Of a stretch of 64,000 nucleotides of DNA, positions 28,529 to 40,788 are shown one piece after another. Under the pieces are notes generated by a model. It saw only the letters and a list, made by a program, of their open reading frames with translations, ran no database searches and was not told the origin of the DNA. The position numbers were made by a program, and so were the translations under genes. Source of the stretch: Clostridia bacterium (lineage in GTDB: Bacteria > Bacillota > Clostridia > Christensenellales > Borkfalkiaceae); contig JAGAIP010000002.1 in the NCBI GenBank assembly GCA_017626495.1, positions 32,722-96,721 of the forward strand. The letters are read 5' to 3'. Position 1 is the stretch's first letter; each line of letters opens with the position of its first letter.

Positions 28529-28588
28529 CGTATTATCCTCACCTATATAAAAACGGACTTTCGCATCGAAAATCCGTTTACGATCCTT

Positions 28589-29463
28589 TCAGTTTTTTTC
28601 TTCAACGGAGATACTCCATGAAAGGACGGAAGTTTTTCCGCTTTCCAAAGAAAAGAGATCCTCTTTTTTGGCAAAATCTTCCCTTACGTTGTCGCGCGCA
28701 GGGAGCGCGGACCACGGTTCGAGGCAGACGTACGGCGCGTCCGACTGCGGCTTATGCCATACGCCGAGATAGGGCATGGACGGGTATTCCACAGTCAGTC
28801 TCTGTTTTCCGCCGCGCGAGAGGATTGCCTTGCCTCCCGTATTTGCGAGCACGACTGCGTCCAGAGGGAACAAATCGTGTGAAAGAGGAAGTTTCCCGTT
28901 TTCAAGGGGGTATGCTTCGACCTCTCCGCTCATCAGAATATTTTGACTGAATTTATGCCATTTCGTACTGCCTGCATCGGGGAACTCGACAAAATAATCT
29001 TCGAATTTGCCGCCCTCGAACGGAATATTGAATCCCGGGTGTCCGCCGATGCAATAGTACATCGTCTTATCCCCTCTGTTCTCGACTTTCACGTTCACGT
29101 TCAGCTTTGCGCCTTCCAGAACGTATTCGATGGAGTATACGTACTCGAACGGATAACTCTTTCTCATCTCGTCGTCTGTCGGAAGCGTAAACGTGACGCT
29201 CGTTTGCGTCTGCGCCGTAACGACAAGCATACGTTTTCTGACAAGACCGTGCGGAGGCATCTCGTACGTCTTTCCGTAGACGTCGTACTTTCCCTCATAC
29301 AGTCTGCCGATGACGGGAAACAGGTTATACGCCCTGCCTGCCCAGTACGTTTTATCCCCCTGCCAGAGATATTCCGTACCCGTCTTTTTTCCGTAAATAC
29401 TTTTAAGCTCCGCGCCGAGTTCTTCGATAGAGACGCGGAGCAGTTCGTTTTCGATCGTAACCA

Positions 29464-29464
<1 letters not shown>
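28589..29464 (-). CDS. aldose 1-epimerase (galactose mutarotase-like) family protein
   Basis: 291 aa with a mutarotase-like fold pattern (GGHPGFNIP). Abuts the stop of atpC. Confidence 0.65.
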
Positions 29465-33592
<4,128 letters not shown>

Positions 33593-33603
<11 letters not shown>

Positions 33604-33859
33604 TGTCCAACTTTTCCTTTATCCGTTCAATCTTGGACTTAATGCTGCCGTCGTAAACGGTCTTTCCGTCAAAAATCATGATACCGCCGATCAAAGAATC
33701 GTCGATGATATAGTCGGGCTCTATCGGCTCGTCATACTTTGCGGAAAAAACGTCGACGACTCTCTTTTGTTCCGCCTCGGTGAGCGGACGCGCGGTCGTG
33801 ACCGTAAGCTTTCTCTTTTTAAGCATTCGTCTGGCTCCATTCCGTGAGACATTCCTCAA
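33593..33859 (-). CDS. atpH: F1 ATP synthase delta (OSCP) subunit, unusually short (77-88 aa, only the C-terminal domain recognisable)
   Basis: LTEAEQKRVVDVFSAKYDEPIEPDYIIDDSLIGGIMIFDGKTVYDGSIKSKIERIKEKL matches the delta C-terminal domain. An in-frame stop lies just upstream of the TTG/ATG start and overlaps the end of atpF. Confidence 0.6.
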
Positions 33860-34331
33860 CGAGTTTCATGTCGTCTTCCAAAGAAATTTCCTTGGAAAGA
33901 ATACCCGACGCAATCATGCAGGCAACGTCTACGATCTCGCCTTTCATATCCGCGACGGCTTGTCTCTTTTCCGCTTCGACTTCCTTTGCCGCACGTTCCA
34001 TGAGGCGCGTCGCCTCTTCCTTTGCCTTGGCAAGTTCTTCTTCCTTTACCTTGGCAACCTCTTCTTCCGCAACTCTTCTCTTTAAGGAAACTTCCTTCTC
34101 TGCGTCTGCGAGGAGCGCGGTATATTCCTGTTTCATCGTCTCCGCTTCTTTTTTTGCTGCCGCGTTCTCTTCGATTTGCTTTCTGCAAGCGTCCTGTCTG
34201 CCGTGAATGAGTTTGAGCATGGGTTTATAGACGAGAAAACCGAGCGCAACGATGAGCACGACGAACGTGACCAGATGCGCGATGATGTCAAGTGGATCCA
34301 AACCGAGGATCGCAAGTAAGTGATTCGTCAT
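33819..34331 (-). CDS. atpF: Fo ATP synthase subunit b
   Basis: 170 aa; N-terminal TM helix then a long charged coiled coil. Confidence 0.85.
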   Translation of the reverse strand: MTNHLLAILGLDPLDIIAHLVTFVVLIVALGFLVYKPMLKLIHGRQDACRKQIEENAAAKKEAETMKQEYTALLADAEKEVSLKRRVAEEEVAKVKEEELAKAKEEATRLMERAAKEVEAEKRQAVADMKGEIVDVACMIASGILSKEISLEDDMKLVEECLTEWSQTNA

Positions 34332-34341
34332 GATGTTCTCC

Positions 34342-34617
34342 TTACAAAATATTGATGACGATGAGAATCGCGATGACGAGTGCGTAAATGACGCAGGTCT
34401 CGATAAAGACGAGTCCGATCATGAGGGTAGATGAAATTTTCTTATCCGCCTCGGGTTGACGGGCGATGGCGTCGATTGCCTTGGAAATGGCAAACCCCAT
34501 CGCGATTGCCGCTGCCGCCGCGACCAAAATCGCGATTGCCGCCGCAATGGCGTAAATGCTCTTATCGGTATATTGAGAAAGCTGTACGACTTCTTCTGCA
34601 AGTAAAATGAGATTCAT
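34342..34617 (-). CDS. atpE: Fo ATP synthase subunit c, copy 2
   Basis: 91 aa hairpin with an ARQPEA loop and a carboxylate in FIETCVIY. Confidence 0.9.
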   Translation of the reverse strand: MNLILLAEEVVQLSQYTDKSIYAIAAAIAILVAAAAAIAMGFAISKAIDAIARQPEADKKISSTLMIGLVFIETCVIYALVIAILIVINIL

Positions 34618-34626
34618 AATAACTCC

Positions 34627-34893
34627 TTACAAAATATTGATGACGATGAGGATCGCGATGACGAGCGCGTAAATGACGCAGGTCTCGATAAAGACGAGTC
34701 CGATCATGAGGGTAGATGAAATTTTCTTATCCGCCTCGGGTTGACGGGCGATGGCGTCGATTGCCTTGGAAATGGCAAACCCCATCGCGATTGCCGCCGC
34801 CGCCGCGACCAAAATCGCGATTGCCGCCGCAATGGCGTAAATGCTCTTATCGGTATATTGAGATACGGTTTCTGCGAGTAACGAAAGGTTCAT
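34627..34893 (-). CDS. atpE: Fo ATP synthase subunit c, copy 1
   Basis: 88 aa; identical to copy 2 except for the first ~15 residues. Confidence 0.9.
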   Translation of the reverse strand: MNLSLLAETVSQYTDKSIYAIAAAIAILVAAAAAIAMGFAISKAIDAIARQPEADKKISSTLMIGLVFIETCVIYALVIAILIVINIL

Positions 34894-34896
34894 GGT

Positions 34897-35658
34897 TTAA
34901 GCTCCTTGCTTTGATTTTTTCGAAAGTTTGATTTTCTTTTGTCTGACGGACGTTCCGTTCAGGAATCTGGGTTCGACAGCTTCGCCGTAGAACATAGCCA
35001 CGAGCGTCATAAAGACGTACGACTGAACGAGCGCGTGCAACACGGTGAAGAGAACGCCGACGAGAACGGGCGTACCCCAACGCATCATGGGGAAATAATA
35101 GACGAGTTCGGTCATGACAAGTCCGCCGATCATTGCGCCGAAGAGACGGAACGACATGGAAAGGAGCATGGAGAAATCTTTCAATACTCCCATCGCGCCC
35201 TTGAAACGGTTGCCGTAAATACCTCCGATGAGCATCGTGCCGTAACCGACGATGGCGACTGCAATACAGGCGTTGATATCCACGAGAATCGCTCTTATAC
35301 CGATGATTTCACACAGAGAACCGAGCCCGATGTAAAAACAAGCCGCAAAGGAAACCATACCGATCAGTACGTTGGAATGCGGGCTTTTATCCGCCATAAA
35401 GCGCTCGACCGCCTCGACCGCCTTTTCAACAAGGCATTGAAACTTTCCAGGCACATCCTGCTTAAAGTGGGGATATACAAGGAATCGGAATACGAGGGCA
35501 AGCACGATCAATCCGACCGTAAGCCAAAATGCGGTCACAAAACTCGGATTGACGGGAATACCGAAGAGAGTCGCGCTTCTGTCGGGAAAAAGTTCTTCTT
35601 TGAGAAACTCGCCGAGCGTCATTTCCGCGTCTTCTTCTCTAAGTAGCATCGTATTCAT
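34897..35658 (-). CDS. atpB: Fo ATP synthase subunit a
   Basis: Conserved MSFRLFGAMIGG (stator Arg). Start MNTMLL is preceded by RBS AAAGGAGG; the track ORF extends 25 codons further into the promoter. Confidence 0.85.
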   Translation of the reverse strand: MNTMLLREEDAEMTLGEFLKEELFPDRSATLFGIPVNPSFVTAFWLTVGLIVLALVFRFLVYPHFKQDVPGKFQCLVEKAVEAVERFMADKSPHSNVLIGMVSFAACFYIGLGSLCEIIGIRAILVDINACIAVAIVGYGTMLIGGIYGNRFKGAMGVLKDFSMLLSMSFRLFGAMIGGLVMTELVYYFPMMRWGTPVLVGVLFTVLHALVQSYVFMTLVAMFYGEAVEPRFLNGTSVRQKKIKLSKKSKQGA

Positions 35659-35703
35659 AGTACCTCCTTTTCTCGGAATATCCTCCGAGTATTTGATAAC
35701 TTT

Positions 35704-35732
35704 CATTATATTCTTTCTTTTTTCTCTTGTCA
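35704..35732 (-). promoter_or_regulatory. sigma-A promoter (TTGACA-N17-TATAAT) of the atp operon
   Basis: Minus strand reads TTGACAAGAGAAAAAAGAAAGAATATAAT. The ~40-nt leader has a CTCGGAGGATATTCCGAG hairpin. No atpI precedes atpB. Confidence 0.55.
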
Positions 35733-35842
35733 ATGTTATCTTGTATCATTTTTTGATCGTCTTGTATTTGATTGACTTATATTTTGCAAAATATTCTGTC
35801 TTTTTCCGTCAAACAATCTTCGCCGTTTTCCTTTTCGAACGC

Positions 35843-35870
35843 TTGACTTTCGACAAAAAAAGACTATAAT
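35843..35870 (+). promoter_or_regulatory. sigma-A-like promoter (TTGACT-N16-TATAAT) for the MATE gene, short or leaderless 5' UTR
   Basis: The -10 ends 12 nt before the ATG at 35883, with no clear SD. Confidence 0.4.
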
Positions 35871-35882
35871 TTGTTAGCGATT

Positions 35883-37214
35883 ATGAACAAAGATCTCACG
35901 CAAGGGAATCCCTTCAAGTCGGTATGGCTATACGCTCTGCCTCTTCTCGGAAGCATTCTCTTTCAACAACTCTATAACATCGCGGACAGTTTCGTCGCAG
36001 GCAAATTTTTGGGCGAAGGCGCGCTTGCCGCAGTCGGAAACGCGTCGGAAATCACGCTCATCTACACCGCGTTCGCATTCGGGAGCAATATCGGCTGTTC
36101 GGTCGTCGTGTCGAGACTGTTCGGCGCAAAGGATTATAAGGGCGTCAAATCCTGCATTTCCACCTCGTTTATCACGTTCGGCGTACTCTGCATGCTCCTG
36201 ATGGCGTTCGGTCTTTTCTTCTCCGCACCCATTCTGCGCCTGATGAACACGCCCCTCTCCGCGTTCGACGATTCCCTCGTCTATCTGACGTGGTACACCC
36301 TCGGCATTCCGTTCGTATTCTTCTATAACGTCGCGACGGGTATTTTTTCCGCGATGGGAGATTCCAAAACGCCGTTTCTCTTTCTTGCGGCGTCCTCACT
36401 TTCGAATATAGCCGTAGACATTCTCTTTGTTACCCGTACCCCTCTCGGCGTCGCGGGCGTTGCGATCGCCACCTTGATCTGTCAGGGCGTGAGCTGTATC
36501 TTGGCGCTCGGTTTCCTGTTTAAGAGGTTGAAAAGCATCGAGACCGAGGGAAAAGCACCCCTCTTCGACAAAACGCTCTTTTCCAAAATATGCAAAGTCG
36601 CCGTTCCGTCCATTCTGCAACAAGGAAGTATTTCGATCGGAAACATCTGTATTCAAGGAATCGTAAACGGCTACGGCGAGGCAGTCATGGCAGGATTTAC
36701 GGCAGCCATCAAACTCAACAACATCGCCACTTCCTGCTTTACCGCAATCGCCAACGGTCTTTCCTCATTCACTTCGCAGAATATGGGCGCAAAGCGCACC
36801 GAACGCGTGAAACCCGGACTGATCGCCGCCCTCACGATGAGCATACTCGTCGCGCTCGTTCTCTGTCTCTCCTATACGATCGGAAGGGCGGCGTGCATCG
36901 GATTTTTCCTCAACGCTCCGACAAAAGAGGCTCTCGATGCAGGGAGCGAATTTCTCCTCATCGTCTCCCCATTCTATTTCGTGATTTGCGTCAAAATCAC
37001 CGTGGACGGCGTACTGCGCGGCTCGGGCGCAATGCACCTGTTCATGATTTCCACGATGATCGATCTTGTCCTGCGCGTCCTGCTCGCTTGGATCTTTTCC
37101 CCTTTCTTCGGATCGACCGGAATCTGGTACGCATGGCCGATCGGATGGTTGATTGCGGCAATCCTTTCCGTTTCCTTTTATCTTGCCGGAAAATGGAAAA
37201 AAGCAAACCTGTAA
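35883..37214 (+). CDS. MATE family efflux transporter
   Basis: 12 predicted TM helices; typical MATE N-terminus ...LYALPLLGSILFQQLYNIADSFVAGKFLG. Confidence 0.85.
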   Translation: MNKDLTQGNPFKSVWLYALPLLGSILFQQLYNIADSFVAGKFLGEGALAAVGNASEITLIYTAFAFGSNIGCSVVVSRLFGAKDYKGVKSCISTSFITFGVLCMLLMAFGLFFSAPILRLMNTPLSAFDDSLVYLTWYTLGIPFVFFYNVATGIFSAMGDSKTPFLFLAASSLSNIAVDILFVTRTPLGVAGVAIATLICQGVSCILALGFLFKRLKSIETEGKAPLFDKTLFSKICKVAVPSILQQGSISIGNICIQGIVNGYGEAVMAGFTAAIKLNNIATSCFTAIANGLSSFTSQNMGAKRTERVKPGLIAALTMSILVALVLCLSYTIGRAACIGFFLNAPTKEALDAGSEFLLIVSPFYFVICVKITVDGVLRGSGAMHLFMISTMIDLVLRVLLAWIFSPFFGSTGIWYAWPIGWLIAAILSVSFYLAGKWKKANL

Positions 37215-37225
37215 TCGTTCAACGT

Positions 37226-37262
37226 GAAAAGCGCTCCGAAACGTTCGGAGCGCTTTTTTTTC
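37226..37262. terminator. bidirectional rho-independent terminator between convergent genes
   Basis: AAAAGCGCTCCGAAACGTTCGGAGCGCTTTTTTTTT. Confidence 0.6.
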
Positions 37263-37275
37263 GATTCGCGATTTG

Positions 37276-38559
37276 TTATTTATCGTCTTTGCTTGTTTGC
37301 CGTTTCGTACGCGTTACGTTGCGATAGAGGAACGTATCTCTTTGTTCCGAAATATGTAAACTGCCGTCTCGGTAGTAACTCGACGCGCCGCGTTGCGGAA
37401 CGACCGTCTTGATCTGTTTTACCAAAAAGAGCGCGGCTAATCCGCCGGCAATCAGCGCCCCTACGACGGAGGCAACGATGACGGAGTCCATTCCTTCCGC
37501 CAGATAGGCGACGCCGAATCCGATCAGCGCGCCGATCAAAGCAATAAGAAGCGTGAAAAGAATGAGACGCCCCACGCTCATCGGCAAATCCCCCGCCACT
37601 TTTCCAGTCTGTCCGTTGATCGCGTAAGTATACTTTTTATCCCGCCAACTCTTTTGCATCATCCAGACAGGATAGAGCGTATAGTTCACCTCGGAACGGT
37701 TCAGCCGCACGGAACTTTTCTCCGTCGTTACGCTGTCGTATCCCTGTACGGTATCTCTGAGCGCGTCCTCCGTTCCCTGACGAATCCTCTCGTTTGCACG
37801 GGGAAACGTCTCTTCCTGCGAAACGTCGTACTTATCCGTATAAAATCCCGAAAGGAATGCGCTCTGAAACGCCACCGCGTCGGAAAAGCGATACGGTTCG
37901 ATGGATTCCATGAGCGTATCGTCCATTTTTTTGGAACCGTCCACCGGAATATGGTCGAATCCGATCTCTCCTCCGCGCAAAACGGAATAATGTCTGACTT
38001 CGGTGTAATCGTAATTGCCGTCCGACCAGTACCGCGTCTTTGTTGCACGGTATTGCACGCGCCCCGTTACGTCGGCGTCGTAAATCCAGAACGGAACGTA
38101 CAATCCCTTGATTTCCTCCGTTTTACATTCATGCCTGAATGCGCGCGGAAGAAGAATTTTCCCCTTGACAAAGGCAGAAAAACGCTCGTTTACTTTCTCC
38201 TTTTCAAACTTGAACGGAATGATATAGTCGGGTTTGAGACCGCCTGCCAATCTGCCCTTGAAGATGACGGGATTGCCGCAATAGGGACAAAAGGAAGACG
38301 CCGTCGTCTCTTCGCTGACGAGTTCTCCTCCGCACGCCTCGCAAAGGTAGACGGAGAGACGCTCCTTTTCCTCTTCGGACCACTCCGTTCCGCCGCTTTT
38401 CCATTCTACCTGTTCTTCCTGCCAACCTTCGTCGCATTCTTTGAGCGATTCCGTTTCGAACTCGGTGTCGCAGTAAGGACATTTTACATTCTGCGTCTCC
38501 GCGTCGAACGACAGCGCTCCTCCGCAACACGGACATTTATACTCGTACGTTGCTCCCAT
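37276..38559 (-). CDS. zinc-ribbon-containing membrane protein (two N-terminal CxxC...CxxC ribbons, central domain, C-terminal TM helices); resembles B. subtilis YdjG, possibly with YdjH-like TM part
   Basis: YKCPCCGG...CPYCD and CEACGG...CPYCGN ribbons, plus a hydrophobic stretch LILFTLLIALIGALIGFGVAYL. Confidence 0.55.
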   Translation of the reverse strand: MGATYEYKCPCCGGALSFDAETQNVKCPYCDTEFETESLKECDEGWQEEQVEWKSGGTEWSEEEKERLSVYLCEACGGELVSEETTASSFCPYCGNPVIFKGRLAGGLKPDYIIPFKFEKEKVNERFSAFVKGKILLPRAFRHECKTEEIKGLYVPFWIYDADVTGRVQYRATKTRYWSDGNYDYTEVRHYSVLRGGEIGFDHIPVDGSKKMDDTLMESIEPYRFSDAVAFQSAFLSGFYTDKYDVSQEETFPRANERIRQGTEDALRDTVQGYDSVTTEKSSVRLNRSEVNYTLYPVWMMQKSWRDKKYTYAINGQTGKVAGDLPMSVGRLILFTLLIALIGALIGFGVAYLAEGMDSVIVASVVGALIAGGLAALFLVKQIKTVVPQRGASSYYRDGSLHISEQRDTFLYRNVTRTKRQTSKDDK

Positions 38560-38570
38560 GCGTTACCTCG

Positions 38571-39878
38571 TCAGCGGACGTCTTCGTCGTTAAACGGATC
38601 GCCGCATTCCGGACAGAATTTAGGAGGACGTTTTGGATCGGCAGGCTCCCAGCCGCATTTATCGCAACGGTACAAAGGTTCGCCTGTGGGTTTTTTCGCT
38701 CCGCATTCACTGCAAAACTTTCCGAGATTGACGGCTCCGCACGAGCACTTCCAACCTTTCGTTTCTTCGGGTTTCTTTGCGCCGCATTCCGTGCAGAATT
38801 TGCCCGTTGCAGTCGCGCCGCAGGAACATTTCCATGCGTTTTTCGCAGGACTATCATTGCGTTCAGACTGTCCTGCCATGGCGTAGAGATTCTGTGCATT
38901 CACGCCGCCTGCGTTCATCGCCATTCCCATACCCATAAAGCCTGTCATCGCTCCGTTTGCATTGGACGCCGCCGCACGCATTGCGTCCGCCTGCGCGGTA
39001 ACGAGCGTAGCGCCCGCCATTCCCGGATCGCGGTAGACTGCCGCCTGTTGCGTTTTTTTGATGAGCTCGGCGTCCTCGGGCGGAAGCGTGACCGAACCGA
39101 GCGCAATGCTCACGATTTCAAGTCCGCGCAGATCTCTCCATTTTGCGCTGAGCGCCTCGTTCATCGCCTGTTCGAGATCCGCCGTATGCGTTACGATCTG
39201 ATTCGGACGGAGTTCTTTTTCCGAGAGCATGCCGAACGCAGGTTGCAATGCGGAGATAAATTCCGTTTTCAACTGACCGTCGAGCTCGTCACGGGTATAA
39301 CAATCCTTGACGTTTCCGCACACGTTCTGATAGAAGAGGACGGGGTTCGTGATTTTATAGGAATAGACGCCGAAACAGCGCACGGACACGTCGATGTCGA
39401 GCCCGACTCTGGAATCCACGACGCGGAACGGAATGGGCGTTGCCGTACCGAACTTGTTGTCGATCAGCTCTTTCATGTTGAAATAGTAAACGCGCTGATC
39501 TTTTCCCGTATCTCCCCCGTAACCGAATCTTTTTATCGTCGTTTTCACGATGTCTGCGATCCCCTTTCCGAGATTGCTTGCGAAAATGCTCGGTTCGCCG
39601 GACGCATTGTAGGTGTATTCGCCCGGCTCCGAACAAAATTCGACGATCTTACCCTGATCGACGATGATCATGCACTGACCGTCCGCAACGGCAATGCCCG
39701 AACCGTTTGAAATGATATTATCGTTCCCCTTTTTGTTGGAAGAACGCCGTTCGTTGATTTTCTTCTCTCCCTTCGTCATGAGGACGTCTTTATCCAGAGA
39801 TTCGCAATAGAAAAATTCTTTCCATTGATCTGCAAACGTGCCGCCCATGGCGCCCGTAAACGCTTTGATAAGTCCCAT
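38571..39878 (-). CDS. SPFH/band-7 (flotillin-like, YdjI-type) protein with three C-terminal zinc-ribbon repeats
   Basis: SPFH-like core followed by WKCSCGATATGKFCTECG, WKCSCGAVNLGKFCSECG and YRCDKCGW...CPECG. Confidence 0.75.
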   Translation of the reverse strand: MGLIKAFTGAMGGTFADQWKEFFYCESLDKDVLMTKGEKKINERRSSNKKGNDNIISNGSGIAVADGQCMIIVDQGKIVEFCSEPGEYTYNASGEPSIFASNLGKGIADIVKTTIKRFGYGGDTGKDQRVYYFNMKELIDNKFGTATPIPFRVVDSRVGLDIDVSVRCFGVYSYKITNPVLFYQNVCGNVKDCYTRDELDGQLKTEFISALQPAFGMLSEKELRPNQIVTHTADLEQAMNEALSAKWRDLRGLEIVSIALGSVTLPPEDAELIKKTQQAAVYRDPGMAGATLVTAQADAMRAAASNANGAMTGFMGMGMAMNAGGVNAQNLYAMAGQSERNDSPAKNAWKCSCGATATGKFCTECGAKKPEETKGWKCSCGAVNLGKFCSECGAKKPTGEPLYRCDKCGWEPADPKRPPKFCPECGDPFNDEDVR

Positions 39879-39987
39879 AATTTCTCCTTTTCGGCATAAA
39901 CCGACTATTTTTCCAAATGATTATAACACACTTTGCTTACTCGTGCAAGACATTTTTTTCAAAAGCGATTCTTTGATCCCCTTTTCG

Positions 39988-40584
39988 TCATGCGTAGAGG
40001 GAAATCATATTCGAAATGAAAATTTCAAGTCCGATGGCGACGAGTATGAATCCGCCGATCAAGCCTGCTTTGCCTGCGAATTTCGTTCCGAATTTTTTAC
40101 CGAATATAAGTCCGCACAGACAGATCGCAAACGTTACGAGAGCAATGATGAGCGAAGAAAAAAGCGCCATAAAAAAGTCGTAGTCCGCGATGGTGAATCC
40201 GACGGACAGCGCGTCGATCGAGGTTGCGATACCTTGTACTATGAGCGTCCATGCTCCGAGAGGTTTGCTCTCCTCTTCCTCGGCGTTTTCCTTTGCGAAG
40301 TACTCGTATATCATTTTTCCGCCGATCCAGCCGAGCAACAAAAGCGCGATCCAAGGAATGAAATGCTCGAAGATTCGAAAATACTGCACGATGGTATGAA
40401 CACATACCCAGCCGATCAAAGGCATAAGGAACTGAAAAAACGCATACGTTCCCGCAATCGAACTCATACGCAGAGATTTCATGTTCGGTTCGTGCAATCC
40501 GTTTGCAAGAGACACCGAAAATGCGTCCATGGCGAGCCCGACACCGAGCAGAACGCTGTTAAGAAAGAAAAGTGCCCATTCCAT
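39988..40584 (-). CDS. mntP: manganese efflux pump MntP
   Basis: 198 aa with duplicated DUF204 halves (GLAMDAFSVSLANG / GIATSIDALSVGFT). Confidence 0.85.
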   Translation of the reverse strand: MEWALFFLNSVLLGVGLAMDAFSVSLANGLHEPNMKSLRMSSIAGTYAFFQFLMPLIGWVCVHTIVQYFRIFEHFIPWIALLLLGWIGGKMIYEYFAKENAEEEESKPLGAWTLIVQGIATSIDALSVGFTIADYDFFMALFSSLIIALVTFAICLCGLIFGKKFGTKFAGKAGLIGGFILVAIGLEIFISNMISLYA

Positions 40585-40599
40585 ATTATACTCCTATGT

Positions 40600-40722
40600 A
40601 ATAAAAAGAGACTTATGCCGAAAAAGCATAAGTCTCGTTATTTCAAACCGAACCTGGATAAACCATTGTGTAGATCCGATTACCCTTTCGGGTCAACTAC
40701 TCCCTTATCGAGATATTTTATT
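40600..40722 (-). ncRNA. candidate yybP-ykoY (Mn2+) riboswitch with intrinsic-terminator expression platform in the mntP leader
   Basis: The minus-strand leader contains GGGAGTAG...GACCCGAAAGGGTAATCGG...GAGAC, followed by hairpin AGAGACTTATGC-tttttc-GGCATAAGTCTCT plus a T-run immediately before the mntP RBS. mntP is a classical yybP-ykoY-regulated gene. Confidence 0.55.
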
Positions 40723-40728
40723 ATACTC

Positions 40729-40758
40729 AGTCTATCACAGTTCAAGCGTTCTGTCAAC
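40729..40758 (-). promoter_or_regulatory. putative promoter (TTGACA-N17-TAGACT) of the mntP leader, overlapping the T-run of the upstream terminator
   Basis: Minus strand reads TTGACAGAACGCTTGAACTGTGATAGACT. Confidence 0.4.
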
Positions 40759-40787
40759 AAAAAAGAGAGATTGCTCTCTCTTTTTTC
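40757..40787 (-). terminator. rho-independent terminator of the giant lipoprotein gene
   Basis: AGAGAGA-gcaa-TCTCTCT hairpin followed by TTTTTTGTT on the minus strand. Confidence 0.6.
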
Positions 40788-40788
40788 T

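Larger units (their letters stand above)
34340..34895 (-). repeat. tandem ~285-bp duplication (two units, ~98% identical) comprising the two atpE genes
   Basis: The two atpE ORFs share near-identical nucleotide sequence from their codon ~15 to the stop, with only a few substitutions. Confidence 0.8.

Noticed and set aside
34342-34893. Calling the ATP synthase Na+-dependent from the c-subunit E-T...Y motif
   Set aside because: The helix-1 position aligned with the Na+-coordinating Gln is Met, so ion specificity cannot be inferred from sequence alone.
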